A stretch of 63,989 bases of DNA, filler included, from Octopus bimaculoides (GCF_001194135.2; 5 parts of 5 records of this genome joined end to end with filler, not necessarily neighbours in it); one strand, 5' to 3'. Counted from the first letter of the whole stretch, positions 12,271 through 25,316 are shown. Notes: generated by a model from the letters alone, not told the origin. Program-made: numbers and translations.

Positions 12271-14145
12271 NNNNNNNNNNNNNNNNNNNNNNNNNNNNNN
12301 NNNNNNNNNNNNNNNNNNNNNNNNNNNNNNNNNNNNNNNNNNNNNNNNNNNNNNNNNNNNNNNNNNNNNNNNNNNNNNNNNNNNNNNNNNNNNNNNNNNN
12401 NNNNNNNNNNNNNNNNNNNNNNNNNNNNNNNNNNNNNNNNNNNNNNNNNNNNNNNNNNNNNNNNNNNNNNNNNNNNNNNNNNNNNNNNNNNNNNNNNNNN
12501 NNNNNNNNNNNNNNNNNNNNNNNNNNNNNNNNNNNNNNNNNNNNNNNNNNNNNNNNNNNNNNNNNNNNNNNNNNNNNNNNNNNNNNNNNNNNNNNNNNNN
12601 NNNNNNNNNNNNNNNNNNNNNNNNNNNNNNNNNNNNNNNNNNNNNNNNNNNNNNNNNNNNNNNNNNNNNNNNNNNNNNNNNNNNNNNNNNNNNNNNNNAT
12701 ATATATATATATATATATATATACATGCATATATATATATATAGGTGTATACATCTATGTACATACATACGTATATATACATGTATACATATACATCTAT
12801 GTATATATATATGCATACATATTGTGTCACGTCACTTGTGTGGTCTGTCATGAGTGTTACTGGTAACATGCACTGCAGTACAACCAGTTGCAAGGTCAGG
12901 TCGTCGGCGTCTAAACTGCACCCACCCCCCCACACACACTATGTTTGCCTGGTGAGGAGGATTACTAAAACCCCAGCAGGACTAAGAAGAAGGTCTATTA
13001 AAAGGAGGGATGAACTCAATGTAGGTTCAATGATTTAGCAGGAGGCCGCCGAGGGGAGCGAAGAAGCCGCGGGCGGGCGCGATTCTAGGTGAAACCTACA
13101 GCTAGTGCAATTATCTCATGCTCTGTTATTACTGACATTTTGTACGGCAATGGTCAATGATGGTCTTCTCCGGTCACTAGTGGACAGCCATAAATAATAC
13201 ACATATATATACGTATGTATATATGTATTTGTGTGCGTTTGTGTGTGTATGCGTGTGTATGTGAGAGAGAGGGAGAGAAAGAGAAATTGATTGAGTGGTG
13301 AAAGCGTGAGTCTTTCAGCATTCTGTTCGACTTTCTAGGATCTGAATTCAAAGACTGCTAAAGTCAACTGCACCTTCTGATCTTTGCCCCATCCTTTCTA
13401 AGCTTTCAGATTTGTCAGTGCCGATCTAAAGCCAGACAGAGACAGACAGACAGACAGAGACAGAAAGACAAACAGACAGACAGAAAGTGTGTATGCCTGA
13501 TGTCATTTGGCTGCCATTTCTAGGTACGGCGCCAACCAAGTACAAGGTATTTTCTGTCCTTTCACATTAAGTCAATTAACGAGAGAGATATGGGTGGGAC
13601 ACATTAACAACAGCACGTCACACACACAGCTAACACATTAATAACAATATGTCACACACACACACATACTGCATTAACTTCCATTATTTTTCGGAAACAA
13701 CCAAAACTAACGGTCGAGTCAAATTTTCGTTGAATGAGGACTATCTCCTGTCCCTTAAAATAATATTAGTCCAAATTTGAGGGAAACCTATAACCGAGTC
13801 TAAGGACCTTTCATGTTAAGTTTGAACCTGATTGGTTCACTGGTTTTTGAGTCCATTGGTAACAAACAGACCAGCAAACAAGCAATTTTATATATATATA
13901 TAAATATTCAATTTTGAATTATTTATCGTCCCGTATATAAACTGTGCTACGAGTAGCAGCTAAGAAATTACGGCCATATGGCGTCTGGTTAATTCAATTC
14001 TGATCTCACATCACAGGCGGAGATAAATTGTGATGATGCTATATCAACTTGCAAAGAAGCCAACACAACCCCTAGTTAGAAAACAAAAACAAAAAAAAAA
14101 CCCAGCAAACACTCTTCTCAGATATTTGTTCGAACTGAACGGGAA

Positions 14146-14193
<48 letters not shown>

Positions 14194-14449
14194 AATGATG
14201 ATGATGATGATGATGAAGATTTTTTTTTAATGATTTCTTTTAATTTTTAATAATGATTTCAACAGCAATAACACCAAAATCTGTTTTCCACAACAAAAAT
14301 AAATACGAAAATAAAAGCAACAAAATTAGTTTCTTTCGGCAGAGAAGCAATTAGATACACCGTTGAGAATTCACTTGCGCTCATAACATAGCACCATTAC
14401 TTGTATTTTAGTTGGGGGTGGTGTGGCGTGACGGTTTCTTTATTGAACT

Positions 14450-14487
<38 letters not shown>

Positions 14488-14729
14488 ACGTATACGCGTT
14501 GGTACCAAGAAACCCCTTGAAATCCAGCATTTAATCCGTTATATTTTTTCCTATCTCGTTCAATTACAACTCTAGTTGTTTTTAACTGAAAACTGAAAAG
14601 TGTTCCTATCGTATGAATCGATATAAGAAGGAGAGTGACCAATTCAATCGATCAAGCAGTTCTTACCATCTTAGAACGCAAGACAATAAAGAAGGAAAGT
14701 ATCTTTAATCCAACGAAGAATTATTGATA

Positions 14730-14950
14730 CTAGCTGGACCCGTGAAAAATTCACGAAAAATATAAAAAATTTAAGCATCTGTAAATTGTGTGCTGGTGCT
14801 ATGAGAAATGTTTCTATATTGCGACAGTTACAGAATATAGAAAGGCGAGTAAAAGCGATAACTATATAATCCAACCAAAATATCTCAGTTACGCAAACAT
14901 AAACAGAATTGCTATTCGGCCTTAAAATGCATCGTACATATTCAAAGGAC
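14730..14950 (-). mobile_element. Helitron 3' terminus (5' end not found)
   Basis: Minus strand CGTGAA-TTT-TTCACG hairpin then GGTCCAG-CTAG|T, the canonical Helitron end. Confidence 0.55.
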
Positions 14951-15123
14951 CTCTTTGGTTTATATTTTTCAGTCATTTGACGGTGGTCATACTGGAGCAA
15001 CGCCCTTTAGTCGAAGAAATCGATCTCTGGACTTAATCTCCCTGTAAGCCTGGTGCTTATTCTATCAGTCTCTTCTGCCGAACAACTAAGTTACAGGGAC
15101 GCGGGGGACAAACACAAACACAA

Positions 15124-15161
<38 letters not shown>

Positions 15162-15965
15162 NNNNNNNNNNNNNNNNNNNNNNNNNNNNNNNNNNNNNNN
15201 NNNNNNNNNNNNNNNNNNNNNNNNNNNNNNNNNNNNNNNNNNNNNNNNNNNNNNNNNNNNNNNNNNNNNNNNNNNNNNNNNNNNNNNNNNNNNNNNNNNN
15301 NNNNNNNNNNNNNNNNNNNNNNNNNNNNNNNNNNNNNNNNNNNNNNNNNNNNNNNNNNNNNNNNNNNNNNNNNNNNNNNNNNNNNNNNNNNNNNNNNNNN
15401 NNNNNNNNNNNNNNNNNNNNNNNNNNNNNNNNNNNNNNNNNNNNNNNNNNNNNNNNNNNNNNNNNNNNNNNNNNNNNNNNNNNNNNNNNNNNNNNNNNNN
15501 NNNNNNNNNNNNNNNNNNNNNNNNNNNNNNNNNNNNNNNNNNNNNNNNNNNNNNNNNNNNNNNNNNNNNNNNNNNNNNNNNNNNNNNNNNNNNNNNNNNN
15601 NNNNNNNNNNNNNNNNNNNNNNNNNNNNNNNNNNNNNNNNNNNNNNNNNNNNNNNNNNNNNNNNNNNNNNNNNNNNNNNNNNNNNNNNNNNNNNNNNNNN
15701 NNNNNNNNNNNNNNNNNNNNNNNNNNNNNNNNNNNNNNNNNNNNNNNNNNNNNNNNNNNNNNNNNNNNNNNNNNNNNNNNNNNNNNNNNNNNNNNNNNNN
15801 NNNNNNNNNNNNNNNNNNNNNNNNNNNNNNNNNNNNNNNNNNNNNNNNNNNNNNNNNNNNNNNNNNNNNNNNNNNNNNNNNNNNNNNNNNNNNNNNNNNN
15901 NNNNNNNNNNNNNNNNNNNNNNNNNNNNNNNNNNNNNNNNNNNNNNNNNNNNNNNNNNNNNNNNN

Positions 15966-16016
<51 letters not shown>

Positions 16017-16249
16017 ATGTATGTATATATATGTATGTATATATGTATGTATATATGTATGTATGCATATATATATATATATATGTATATATATACATAT
16101 ATGTATTATTTATGTATGCATGTATATATATGTATGTATGTATTTATGTATAGATAGATAGATATTTAGCAGGCTTCTTTCAGTTTCCGCCTACCAAATT
16201 CACTCACGAGGCTTTGGTCGGCCCGAGGCTATAGTAGACGACACTCTTT
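14950..16249 (-). mobile_element. SINE family A spanning an N gap (3' half 14950-15115, 5' part 16167-16249)
   Basis: Both halves match family A; central microsatellite lost in the gap. Confidence 0.75.
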
Positions 16250-17934
16250 AAAGAGTGTCTTCTCCTATAGCCTCGGGCCGACCAAATAATCTATTAAACT
16301 CTTGATTAATAACATTCTGAGTTTTGTCCTTGTTACTTTGGGACGACAGAGGAATTATTCTCAACGCTCCTGTTTCCCTGAGTTTCTTGATCATTAGAGA
16401 AAATTCCACAGCTTTTCAATCTGCCTTTGATGTAATAATGTTTATATAATATACGGCCACACAGTTTTATCGTTAACGCATTTTTATGTACAGAATACTG
16501 CGAACAGATAGACGACTGAGCGAAACTAACTAAACCATCATTGCCATGTTTAGACATCTAAAGCATTATTTCCATTGACAAAACAAATATTTCTTGCTGC
16601 TTCCATTTCTGAGGATCCCCTTTTGAATCCACACAACATGCCATGTCTGATATGTGTTTGATTTTACTTCATTTTAAAAAGGTAAAATCGATACGGATTT
16701 AACCACCATGGCACAAAACTTTATTTACAGCCTGATACATATACGACAGGCTTCTAAATAGTTTCTGTCTACTAAATCCACTTACAAGGCATTAATCGTT
16801 TCGTGACTACAATAGAAGACACTTGCGCATCACCGAAGTCGAAACAATATGATTGCGAAACGAACTTCTTAACTACAGAGCTATGCCTGCGTAGTTTTTT
16901 CACTGTAGAGGAAAATATGGTAAGTGTCTGGAAATAAATTGAATTGTTCGGTGAAATTATCAAAGAAATTATACACATCACACGATTCTGATTCAAAGAA
17001 TTAAGAATTTCTCAATGAAACAAAATATTATCTCGTAGATTGCAAGACCTGATAAGAAAACCAGTCAGAGAAGTGCCATTGGGTCAAAATGCCAAACTCT
17101 GCCAAAATATATATATCTACCTTATATTTTAAGGTAGATGAGATCATTTTGGAAATGGAATCCAAGACATATTTCGTACACTCTGTCTTGATGTGTTAAC
17201 TGACTCAGACGAGCGATATCAAATAGTTGCTTTACGTTACAGAATTGTTTCGACTTTTTTTAAAGGTAGAAAAGGTAATTTGTACAAAGTTTGTCACGGA
17301 CCATAACACACCCGTCAGGTTCACTGACAACTATAGGTGGAGTTGTTGAAAGTGTTTAAAAAACAATCTTCATGGCGTATTTCAAGTCTTCAACAAGTAA
17401 GTTGGTATCTTGGTAACCATTCCTACATCATTGTGTTCAACAGAGCGCGGTTTCAGCGGCAGTAGTTGAATGGAGATATATCTAAAGTATACAATGGATC
17501 GAATATACAGTCAAACAGTACAACAATATTTAGTATTGAACAACCGTATAGCAACATGGCTATCGGCAAAAATGTTGACCAAATAATCGATAATTTTTTT
17601 TTTCTTTTTGCTATTAAAAACGCAGCAATATTTCTTTTTGAGTTGCATATTCTGTGATTTCTATTGTGTATTGTCGATTGAAAAACATTTTCTGTTAGAA
17701 AATAGTATTTACATTTTCATCTGAATAAAATTTCGGGTTAATCAACCTCCGTGTATTTCCTTACTCATGGATACCATAGCAATCTTTTATATATGAGTGA
17801 TGTGAACAGGATTAGTTAGTCGTGCGCCTAATGAACGTAAGACTATCAATTTGACAGTGTGTTTGTTATATTTAATGGATGACCTGACAGAGTTTATGTA
17901 CCCCTGGTTGCTGGGAGTTACACACTCACATATA

Positions 17935-18028
<94 letters not shown>

Positions 18029-18359
18029 TGTGTGTGTGTGATGTTACTCACCAACTACTGAGGATGTTAGACTGACGATCATAAAGTTGGGAAGACGATT
18101 CCGGGCGTTTATCATTAACCAAGGCGCCTCGTTTCTCATCGCTTTATTTTACTCAGTTGTAAATGAATAAGAAGCCAAGGGCTGGTGAGTCTCTCTCCGC
18201 TTTCAGCAATCACATCCTTGACATATGGCTGGGTCAAGAGGGAGGAGCAGTCGGAAGTTCGTCTGTGTCTGCTCGTGGCAATATTAATCACCAAAAATAA
18301 TTAGAGAATACATAGCACAAGTTGCAAAGTCATACACACTTCTGAGTGAGAAATGAGCT

Positions 18360-18391
<32 letters not shown>

Positions 18392-18410
18392 TGTATGTAT
18401 GTATGTATGT

Positions 18411-19252
18411 AGCTGTTCAGTTTTATTCAGGATTCCTTGTTCATAGAGAAAGAGCCGGTTTCTAACCTAGATCCAAGGCACTCATTGAAATTTCAACATC
18501 AACAAAGTATTTTTGTATGTATGTATGTATGTACGTACATATGTATGTACGTACATATGTATGTATGCATGTATGTATGCATGAATGAATGTATCCATGT
18601 ATGCATTATGTATGTATAAATGTATATATATTTTTATGTATGAATACGTGCAGATTTGTATGTTTTGTTTTATGTATGTCTTCTCATGCATATCTAGACA
18701 TGCTCATATATACTTAAATGATAAACTTCTGAATTTGTACAGTTCCAGTGATGAATTAGATTTGTCGTCATCGAATCAGCTCTCTCCTTTCTGGTTCTGA
18801 GAAGTCTAATTTATCAAGATTGGCATTTAAGCAGTATGTTATATATCGCAGTACCCCAATGATTTCAAGTATAAACCTGAACTTGTAATCTGGAAAGAGT
18901 AACTGCAGATTCCTCAGTAGTTCAGCGTAGGTATTCTCTTTTTCGCTGATCTTTAGCTTTGTTAACATCCGCTAGGCAGCTGATTTCCTAAACTGTACAC
19001 AGTTTCTCTTCTGTATCCCAAATCATTATGTCAGGTCTATTGTCTTTACAATTTCATTGATGTTTTCACTGGGACATTGCACCAGTACTCCTTCTGATTA
19101 TGAGTGGCTATGGCTTCCACTGTACTGTGGGTTCTTATTTCTAGGTCCTCGGGATTATCCTTCCGGTGGATCTCGTTATACCCTGCTTTAGCTAGAACAT
19201 CATGTCTCATCGGTAGATAGTTCCGTAATGACATTTTCGGGCATCTGCTTAT
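18411..19252 (-). mobile_element. 5'-truncated R4/Dong-like RLE non-LTR retrotransposon (endonuclease domain plus 3' UTR), decayed
   Basis: SRCPKMSLRNYLPMRHDVLAK...EYWCNVPVKTS/CKDNRPDIMIWD.EEKLCTV*EISCLADVN/KLKISEKENTYAELLRNLQ: end of the CCHC motif, RHD, PD..D, E..K..Y; the 3' UTR matches 47530-47750. Confidence 0.85.
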
Positions 19253-19511
19253 GTATGCATACATGTATGTATGCATGCATTTGTGTACGCGCGTGCGTAT
19301 GCTTCTTGTTATAATGTAGTTAAACCAAAAGCGTTATCATATTTCGAAATCCTTTATTACGTAACCTTTAGATTTAGGTAATATATTATAGGAAATGCAT
19401 CTTTTCTATAAACCTTCCTCAGTTTAAACATTTCAAAATATTAATATCAATAATATCAACATATATATATATATACATACACATGTATGTGTGTGTGTGA
19501 GTGTGAGTGTG

Positions 19512-19563
<52 letters not shown>

Positions 19564-19607
19564 NNNNNNNNNNNNNNNNNNNNNNNNNNNNNNNNNNNNN
19601 NNNNNNN

Positions 19608-19619
19608 TTAATTAATTAA
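19608..19619. other. Artificial scaffold-join linker (N44-TTAATTAATTAA-N44); also 35806-35817, 56432-56443, 62740-62751
   Basis: Four identical 100-bp blocks; the 12-mer is palindromic with stop codons in all six frames. Confidence 0.95.
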
Positions 19620-19820
19620 NNNNNNNNNNNNNNNNNNNNNNNNNNNNNNNNNNNNNNNNNNNNACGTATAGTAATGTGTCATAGTAGATGTGTGTAGAGA
19701 CAGACACACAGACAGACGGACAGGTAAATAGATAGACAGATAGACAGATAGACAGACAGATAGATAGAGAGACAAACAGAGACAGAGACAGAGATAAACA
19801 GAGAGAGAGAGAGAGATATG

Positions 19821-19864
<44 letters not shown>

Positions 19865-20914
19865 CAGATAGATAGATACATACATACATACATACATACA
19901 TACACATACATACATACATACATACATAGACAGACAGATAGACAGAGAAAAACAGACACACAGACCGACAGACAGACAGACAAACAGATAGATAGATAGA
20001 CAGATAGATAGACTGCCATAGCCATGAATTTCAGTGGAAAATATTCCTGCTGTTCAAAATATAAGTCATAAAATATCAGTTGGTCACGTGTGTGCATCTT
20101 GGCGAATCGCATCAACACTGAACACACATACGCGCGCGCTCACACACACACACACGCGCGCACATACCCCACCTACCTCATCCACACATTAATAATAGCA
20201 ACAACACACCGGAAGTGATTTCCGCTATTAACCCTCCACGTGTGGTCATTGTTTCGGCCGGTGATGGCAACAATTGAGAGTCGAACGCAAGGGACGTGTT
20301 GTTGGATACACATTGGTTATGGGTGGTGGGGAGAGGAGAGGGACTGGAGGTCGGAGAGGGGGGATATTGGACTGCAGTAACAACAACAATTAATGACGTC
20401 AAAAGCGATTGTAACAACATCAGAACAGCAACAACAACAACAACAACAAAGGGAAACAACGAAGAATCGTGTACGTGGTCGCTTGAATTGCTGGAAATAG
20501 CAGCGAAATCTCTCCCAAATCGTATTAAACAAGAGAAACCTACTTTTCACAACGTAGACCTGGATAAGGAGATAAGTCTTTTTTGGAATGCCTTTGGTAG
20601 GATCGATTCGCGTTCGCCCACGGCCACAGTAACAACATCAACAACAAATGCTGGAAGTAAAAACTGGTAAAAGGAATACAGAAAACAAGCACAATTTTCA
20701 CTTTATTTATATTCTTATATATATATANNNNNNNNNNNNNNNNNNNNNNNNNNNNNNNNNNNNNNNNNNNNNNNNNNNNNNNNNNNNNNNNNNNNNNNNN
20801 NNNNNNNNNNNNNNNNATATAAATGGCGGTGCCCCAGCATGGCCACAGCTCAGGAGCTGAAACTAGATCAAATCAAATCAAATCTAATATATATATATAT
20901 ATATATATATAATT

Positions 20915-22170
20915 TTAGTCTTTTACTTGTTTCAGTCATTTGACTGTGGCCATGCTGGAGCACCGCCTTTAGTCTACCAAATCGCCCCCAGGCTTATTCT
21001 TTGTAAGCCTAGTACTCCTTGTTCTATCGAATGATTTTGCCAAACCGCTAAGTTACAGGGACGTAAACACACCAACATCGGTTGTCAAGCGATGTTGGGG
21101 GGGGGACAAACACAGACACAAACGTATACACACGCATACATACATAAATACATATATATATGTGTGTGTGTGTGTGTTATAACTAGGTGACGTACCCGGT
21201 AATTCCCGGAAAAGTGGGGCTTATCTCTTGGTTCCGTTCTCATAATTGTTTCGCTAATTCAATAACAACAATACAAGGTATGTAGCCCTTAAAACGGTTT
21301 TTGTGCATTTACAGAGAATACCGAATTGTCTTACATAGGATCTTGTTTTTAGGAATTCCCAATAAGTTATGAATACCCAAATTGTGAAGTCAGTTACGTA
21401 ATAACATGAAATTAGTTACCCGATAGCGTAAGAATTCAAAGAAAGTAGCTTCGAAAAGGGCTTTAATGCGTTCGCAGAGTATATAGAACTTCATGCAGCG
21501 CTTGTCAATTGGCTGAAGTGACATGAATGGCATCGTCATTCATGGTATATTCGGGAATAAGTCACTAACCGAAATAAGTGGATCTATTGTTTAGAAAGAT
21601 CATATTTACTTGTTTAAGAGTTATACTGGAGAAATTGCGAAAATAACTCGAACGGTTCAAATACTAAGAAATAAACATACTCAACTTGATTTAAACCAAG
21701 TAAAATCACTGACCTTGTCTGACAAAGTCCACGTAATGTAAAATGCTTGTTTAATAAATCGAAAGTATTTATTATACATTTTTTCATTTATTATATGAAA
21801 ATGAATGGGTTATATAATGGTTATAGTGGATCCCTTCTAGGGGCCCTAGCCATCCAGTTATAGATTTTTATTGAAGTTCAATGAGCCTAGTAACAAACTG
21901 GATGCTACTTTAGCACATTTGCAAAGCTTCACGAAAATTCGTTAACGGGTGTAGACGGCGACTTGACGCAAACAGACAAACAAACAGACGACTTGCTTTT
22001 ATATATGTATAAGATATATACGACAGGCTGCTTTTGGTTTCCGTCTACCAAATTCACTTACAAGGCTTTAATCGGCCCGAGGCTATAGTAGAAGACACTT
22101 GCCCAAGGTGCCACGCAGTGTGACTGAAACCGGAACCGTGTGGTCGGTAAGCAAGCTACTCCTGCGGTTA
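20915..22170 (-). mobile_element. SINE family A interrupted by a Helitron (halves 20915-21182 and 22015-22170)
   Basis: The two halves join into one family-A copy once 21183-22014 is removed. Confidence 0.85.
21183..22014 (-). mobile_element. Non-autonomous Helitron, 832 bp, apparently complete
   Basis: Minus strand A|TCTTATACATATATAAAAGC...(TGTT/TGTC)n...CCGG-GAATTA-CCGG...CTAG|T; A/T target, no TSD. Confidence 0.8.
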
Positions 22171-22265
22171 TATATATATATATATATATATATNNNNNNN
22201 NNNNNNNNNNNNNNNNNNNNNNNNNNNNNNNNNNNNAATGCAAGACCCCTGACTCTCTTGCATTA

Positions 22266-22297
<32 letters not shown>

Positions 22298-22644
22298 ATG
22301 CAAGAGAGTCAGGGGTTGAGGATTCAACCCACTAAGGGATAGTATCTATCCAATATACTGCTGGAAGGGTACCCAATTATTGTTACACCAGTGTTATACC
22401 AAGTGTAAATAAGTGGGTGCGGGTAAAAGGGGGTTATTTTACCCTAAATTTATATAGCAATTACAAAATGGAGGAGAATATGTGGTACCCATCGACTTGC
22501 AGACAGTGTATTCCGTTGAGTTAATTAACTTATTTTGTAACTAAAATGAAAAAAACGACAACATACAAATGCTTATGACATACCATGTTATATTAACAAT
22601 CGAGGTTACAAATAAACACTACATTAGGAATTTGAGAATAAATT

Positions 22645-23185
22645 CCTAGTACTTATTCTATCGGTCAATTTAGCCGAACCGCTAGTTACGGGGACGTAAA
22701 CACACCAGCATCGGTTGTCAAGTGATGGTGCCACGCAGTGGGACTGAACCCAGAACCATGTGGTTGGTAAGCAAGTTACTTACCATACAGCCACTCCTGC
22801 GCCTATATGTATATGTATAGTTTATCAAAAAGCAGCAAAAATATCACAAAAACTGTTACTCAAAGTTTCACGTTCCCATTCGTCGGACAGTTTTTCTGTC
22901 CGACGAATAAAGAGTATTACTCTACCTCTGGTATTCGAGTACTATTTTTTACACCTTGTTTCGCATTTATGTGCTTTCTCTGGTCTATGTATATGTGTAT
23001 GGAAATGAGTATATGTCTGTGTTTGTCCCCCACCATCGCTTGACAACCGATGCTGGTGTGTTTACGTCACCGTAACTTAGTACTAGGCTTACAACGAATA
23101 AATCTTGGGGTCGACTTGTTCGACTAAAGGCAGTGCTCCAGCATGACCGCAGTCAAATGACTGAAACAAATAAAAGAATAAAAGT
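22645..23185. mobile_element. Two SINE-A fragments: internally deleted minus copy (22645-22804) and plus 3' half (23010-23185)
   Basis: Family-A diagnostic blocks. Confidence 0.8.
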
Positions 23186-23867
23186 NNNNNNNNNNNNNNN
23201 NNNNNNNNNNNNNNNNNNNNNNNNNNNNNNNNNNNNNNNNNNNNNNNNNNNNNNNNNNNNNNNNNNNNNNNNNNNNNNNNNNNNNNNNNNNNNNNNNNNN
23301 NNNNNNNNNNNNNNNNNNNNNNNNNNNNNNNNNNNNNNNNNNNNNNNNNNNNNNNNNNNNNNNNNNNNNNNNNNNNNNNNNNNNNNNNNNNNNNNNNNNN
23401 NNNNNNNNNNNNNNNNNNNNNNNNNNNNNNNNNNNNNNNNNNNNNNNNNNNNNNNNNNNNNNNNNNNNNNNNNNNNNNNNNNNNNNNNNNNNNNNNNNNN
23501 NNNNNNNNNNNNNNNNNNNNNNNNNNNNNNNNNNNNNNNNNNNNNNNNNNNNNNNNNNNNNNNNNNNNNNNNNNNNNNNNNNNNNNNNNNNNNNNNNNNN
23601 NNNNNNNNNNNNNNNNNNNNNNNNNNNNNNNNNNNNNNNNNNNNNNNNNNNNNNNNNNNNNNNNNNNNNNNNNNNNNNNNNNNNNNNNNNNNNNNNNNNN
23701 NNNNNNNNNNNNNNNNNNNNNNNNNNNNNNNNNNNNNNNNNNNNNNNNNNNNNNNNNNNNNNNNNNNNNNNNNNNNNNNNNNNNNNNNNNNNNNNNNNNN
23801 NNNNNNNNNNNNNNNNNNNNNNNNNNNNNNNNNNNNNNNNNNNNNNNNNNNNNNNNNNNNNNNNNNN

Positions 23868-23915
<48 letters not shown>

Positions 23916-24364
23916 AAGCAAAAGACGAAGACAGGTGTATGAACAACAAGCAAGTCTATTAGTTTGACGCTCAGGAAAAATGAAAAAATCTTTTATGTTT
24001 CGAGCCTACGCTCTTCAGTAGAAAGGAATAAGAGAAGATAAACAGAGAGAGAATGAAAAAACGTGTAGATTTCAGCGACCCAGCATGGCGAATGATTGGA
24101 AAAAAAGAAGTTGAAAAAAAGAAGTTGAAAAAAAGAAAGATAATAATTTTAAAAAGAGATTGAATGAAAGGGAGATAATAAAGTGCTAATGATCCCAACA
24201 AGAGAAGGTGTGCGTGTGTGTGTATGTGAGAATGGCGGGTGTGAGCGTGTAAGTCTGTGTGTATGAACACAAAAGCATCCATGCACAGAGTGCGTTGAAT
24301 AAAATGTCGTCTAAATTACGCAAAAATGAAAATAACAATGACATCTCATTTTAACAAATATATT

Positions 24365-24758
24365 CGTATCTACTCTAGGCACAAGGCCCGAAAGTTTGGG
24401 GGAGGGAGCCAGTCGATTAGATCGATTCCAGAATGCAACTGGTACTTAATTTATCGACCCCTAAAGGATGAAGCGCAAAGTCGACCTCAGCAGAATTTAA
24501 ACTCAGAACGTAGACAGACGAAATACCTATTTCTTTACTGCCCACAAGGGGCTATACACAGAGGGGACAAACAAAGACAGACAAACGGATTAAGTCGATT
24601 ATATCGACCCCAGTGCGTAACTGGTACTTATTTAATCGACCCCGAAAGGATGAAAGGCAAAGTCGGCCTCGGCGGAATTTGAACTCAGAACGTAGCGACG
24701 GTAAAATACCGTTAAGCATTTTTCCCGGCGCGCTAACGATTCTGCCAGCTCGCCACCT
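24365..24758 (-). mobile_element. SINE-B composite (young unit plus old remnant) with 16-bp TSD, inserted in the DD37D element
   Basis: TSD TTTTAACAAATATATT (24349-24364) and TTTTAACAGATATATT (24759-24774); alternative tail 24528-24590. Confidence 0.85.
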
Positions 24759-24818
24759 TTTTAACAGATATATTTACCAAAATTACATAAAAATATCTTG
24801 AAATAATAAAGAGTAAAT

Positions 24819-25316
24819 TTATTCAATAAAATCGCCATTGGCTCCAACCACAGCCTCCAGACGACTTCGGAATCTCCTGCAGCTCTTCTGGATGGTCTCC
24901 TTGTTTAAGTTGGTGAATGCACCCATAATCCTTGCCTTCAGTTCATTTTTGGTGTCACAAGGAGTTTTGTCAACTGCAACCCACACATAATAATAATCAA
25001 GGGGGTTGCAGTCTGAGGAGTTAGGTGACCAGATATTAGAGGTGATATGATCGCAGAAATTATCTGACAGCCACGACTGGGTTCTGCTTTTGTGGCATGG
25101 TGCAGAGCCCTCTTGCTAGACATAGGGTCTTCCAGCAGTCACTCTCTGGAATCAGGGCAGCACTACCTCCTCCAGGCACTTGATGTAGGCCTCCGTGTTG
25201 AGTGTGAGGCAGTGTAGGAAGATGAATGGAGGCATAAGGTCGCCATCACTAGTGATCACTCCAAACACCATGTTGTTGACTGGACGTTTGATTTTTATCA
25301 CTCTCGGTACATGTCC
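24819..25316 (-). pseudogene. DD37D-type transposase C-terminal half with two in-frame stops
   Basis: VPRVIKIKRPVNNMVFGVITSDGDLMPPFIF...NTEAYIKCLEEVVLP*...YV*QEGSAPCHKSRTQSWL...WSPNSSDCNPLDYYYVW...RSRLEAVVGANGDFIE*. Confidence 0.88.

Noticed and set aside
13040-13110. Helitron-like end (GC-rich GCCGCGGGCGGGCGCG...GCTAGT)
   Set aside because: Hairpin geometry and spacing to CTAG are not convincing, and no matching 5' TC terminus was found.
17337-17396. 60-bp plus-strand exon VELLKVFKKQSSWRISSLQQ with GTAAGT donor
   Set aside because: Weak acceptor, the next candidate exon needs a 47-bp intron and stops after 13 codons, and there is no recognisable homology.
22237-22316. Perfect 20-bp inverted repeat around (AT)n
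   Set aside because: Abuts an N gap, is 100% identical and is preceded by a partial third copy; most likely a gap-filling or foldback artefact unless long reads confirm it.
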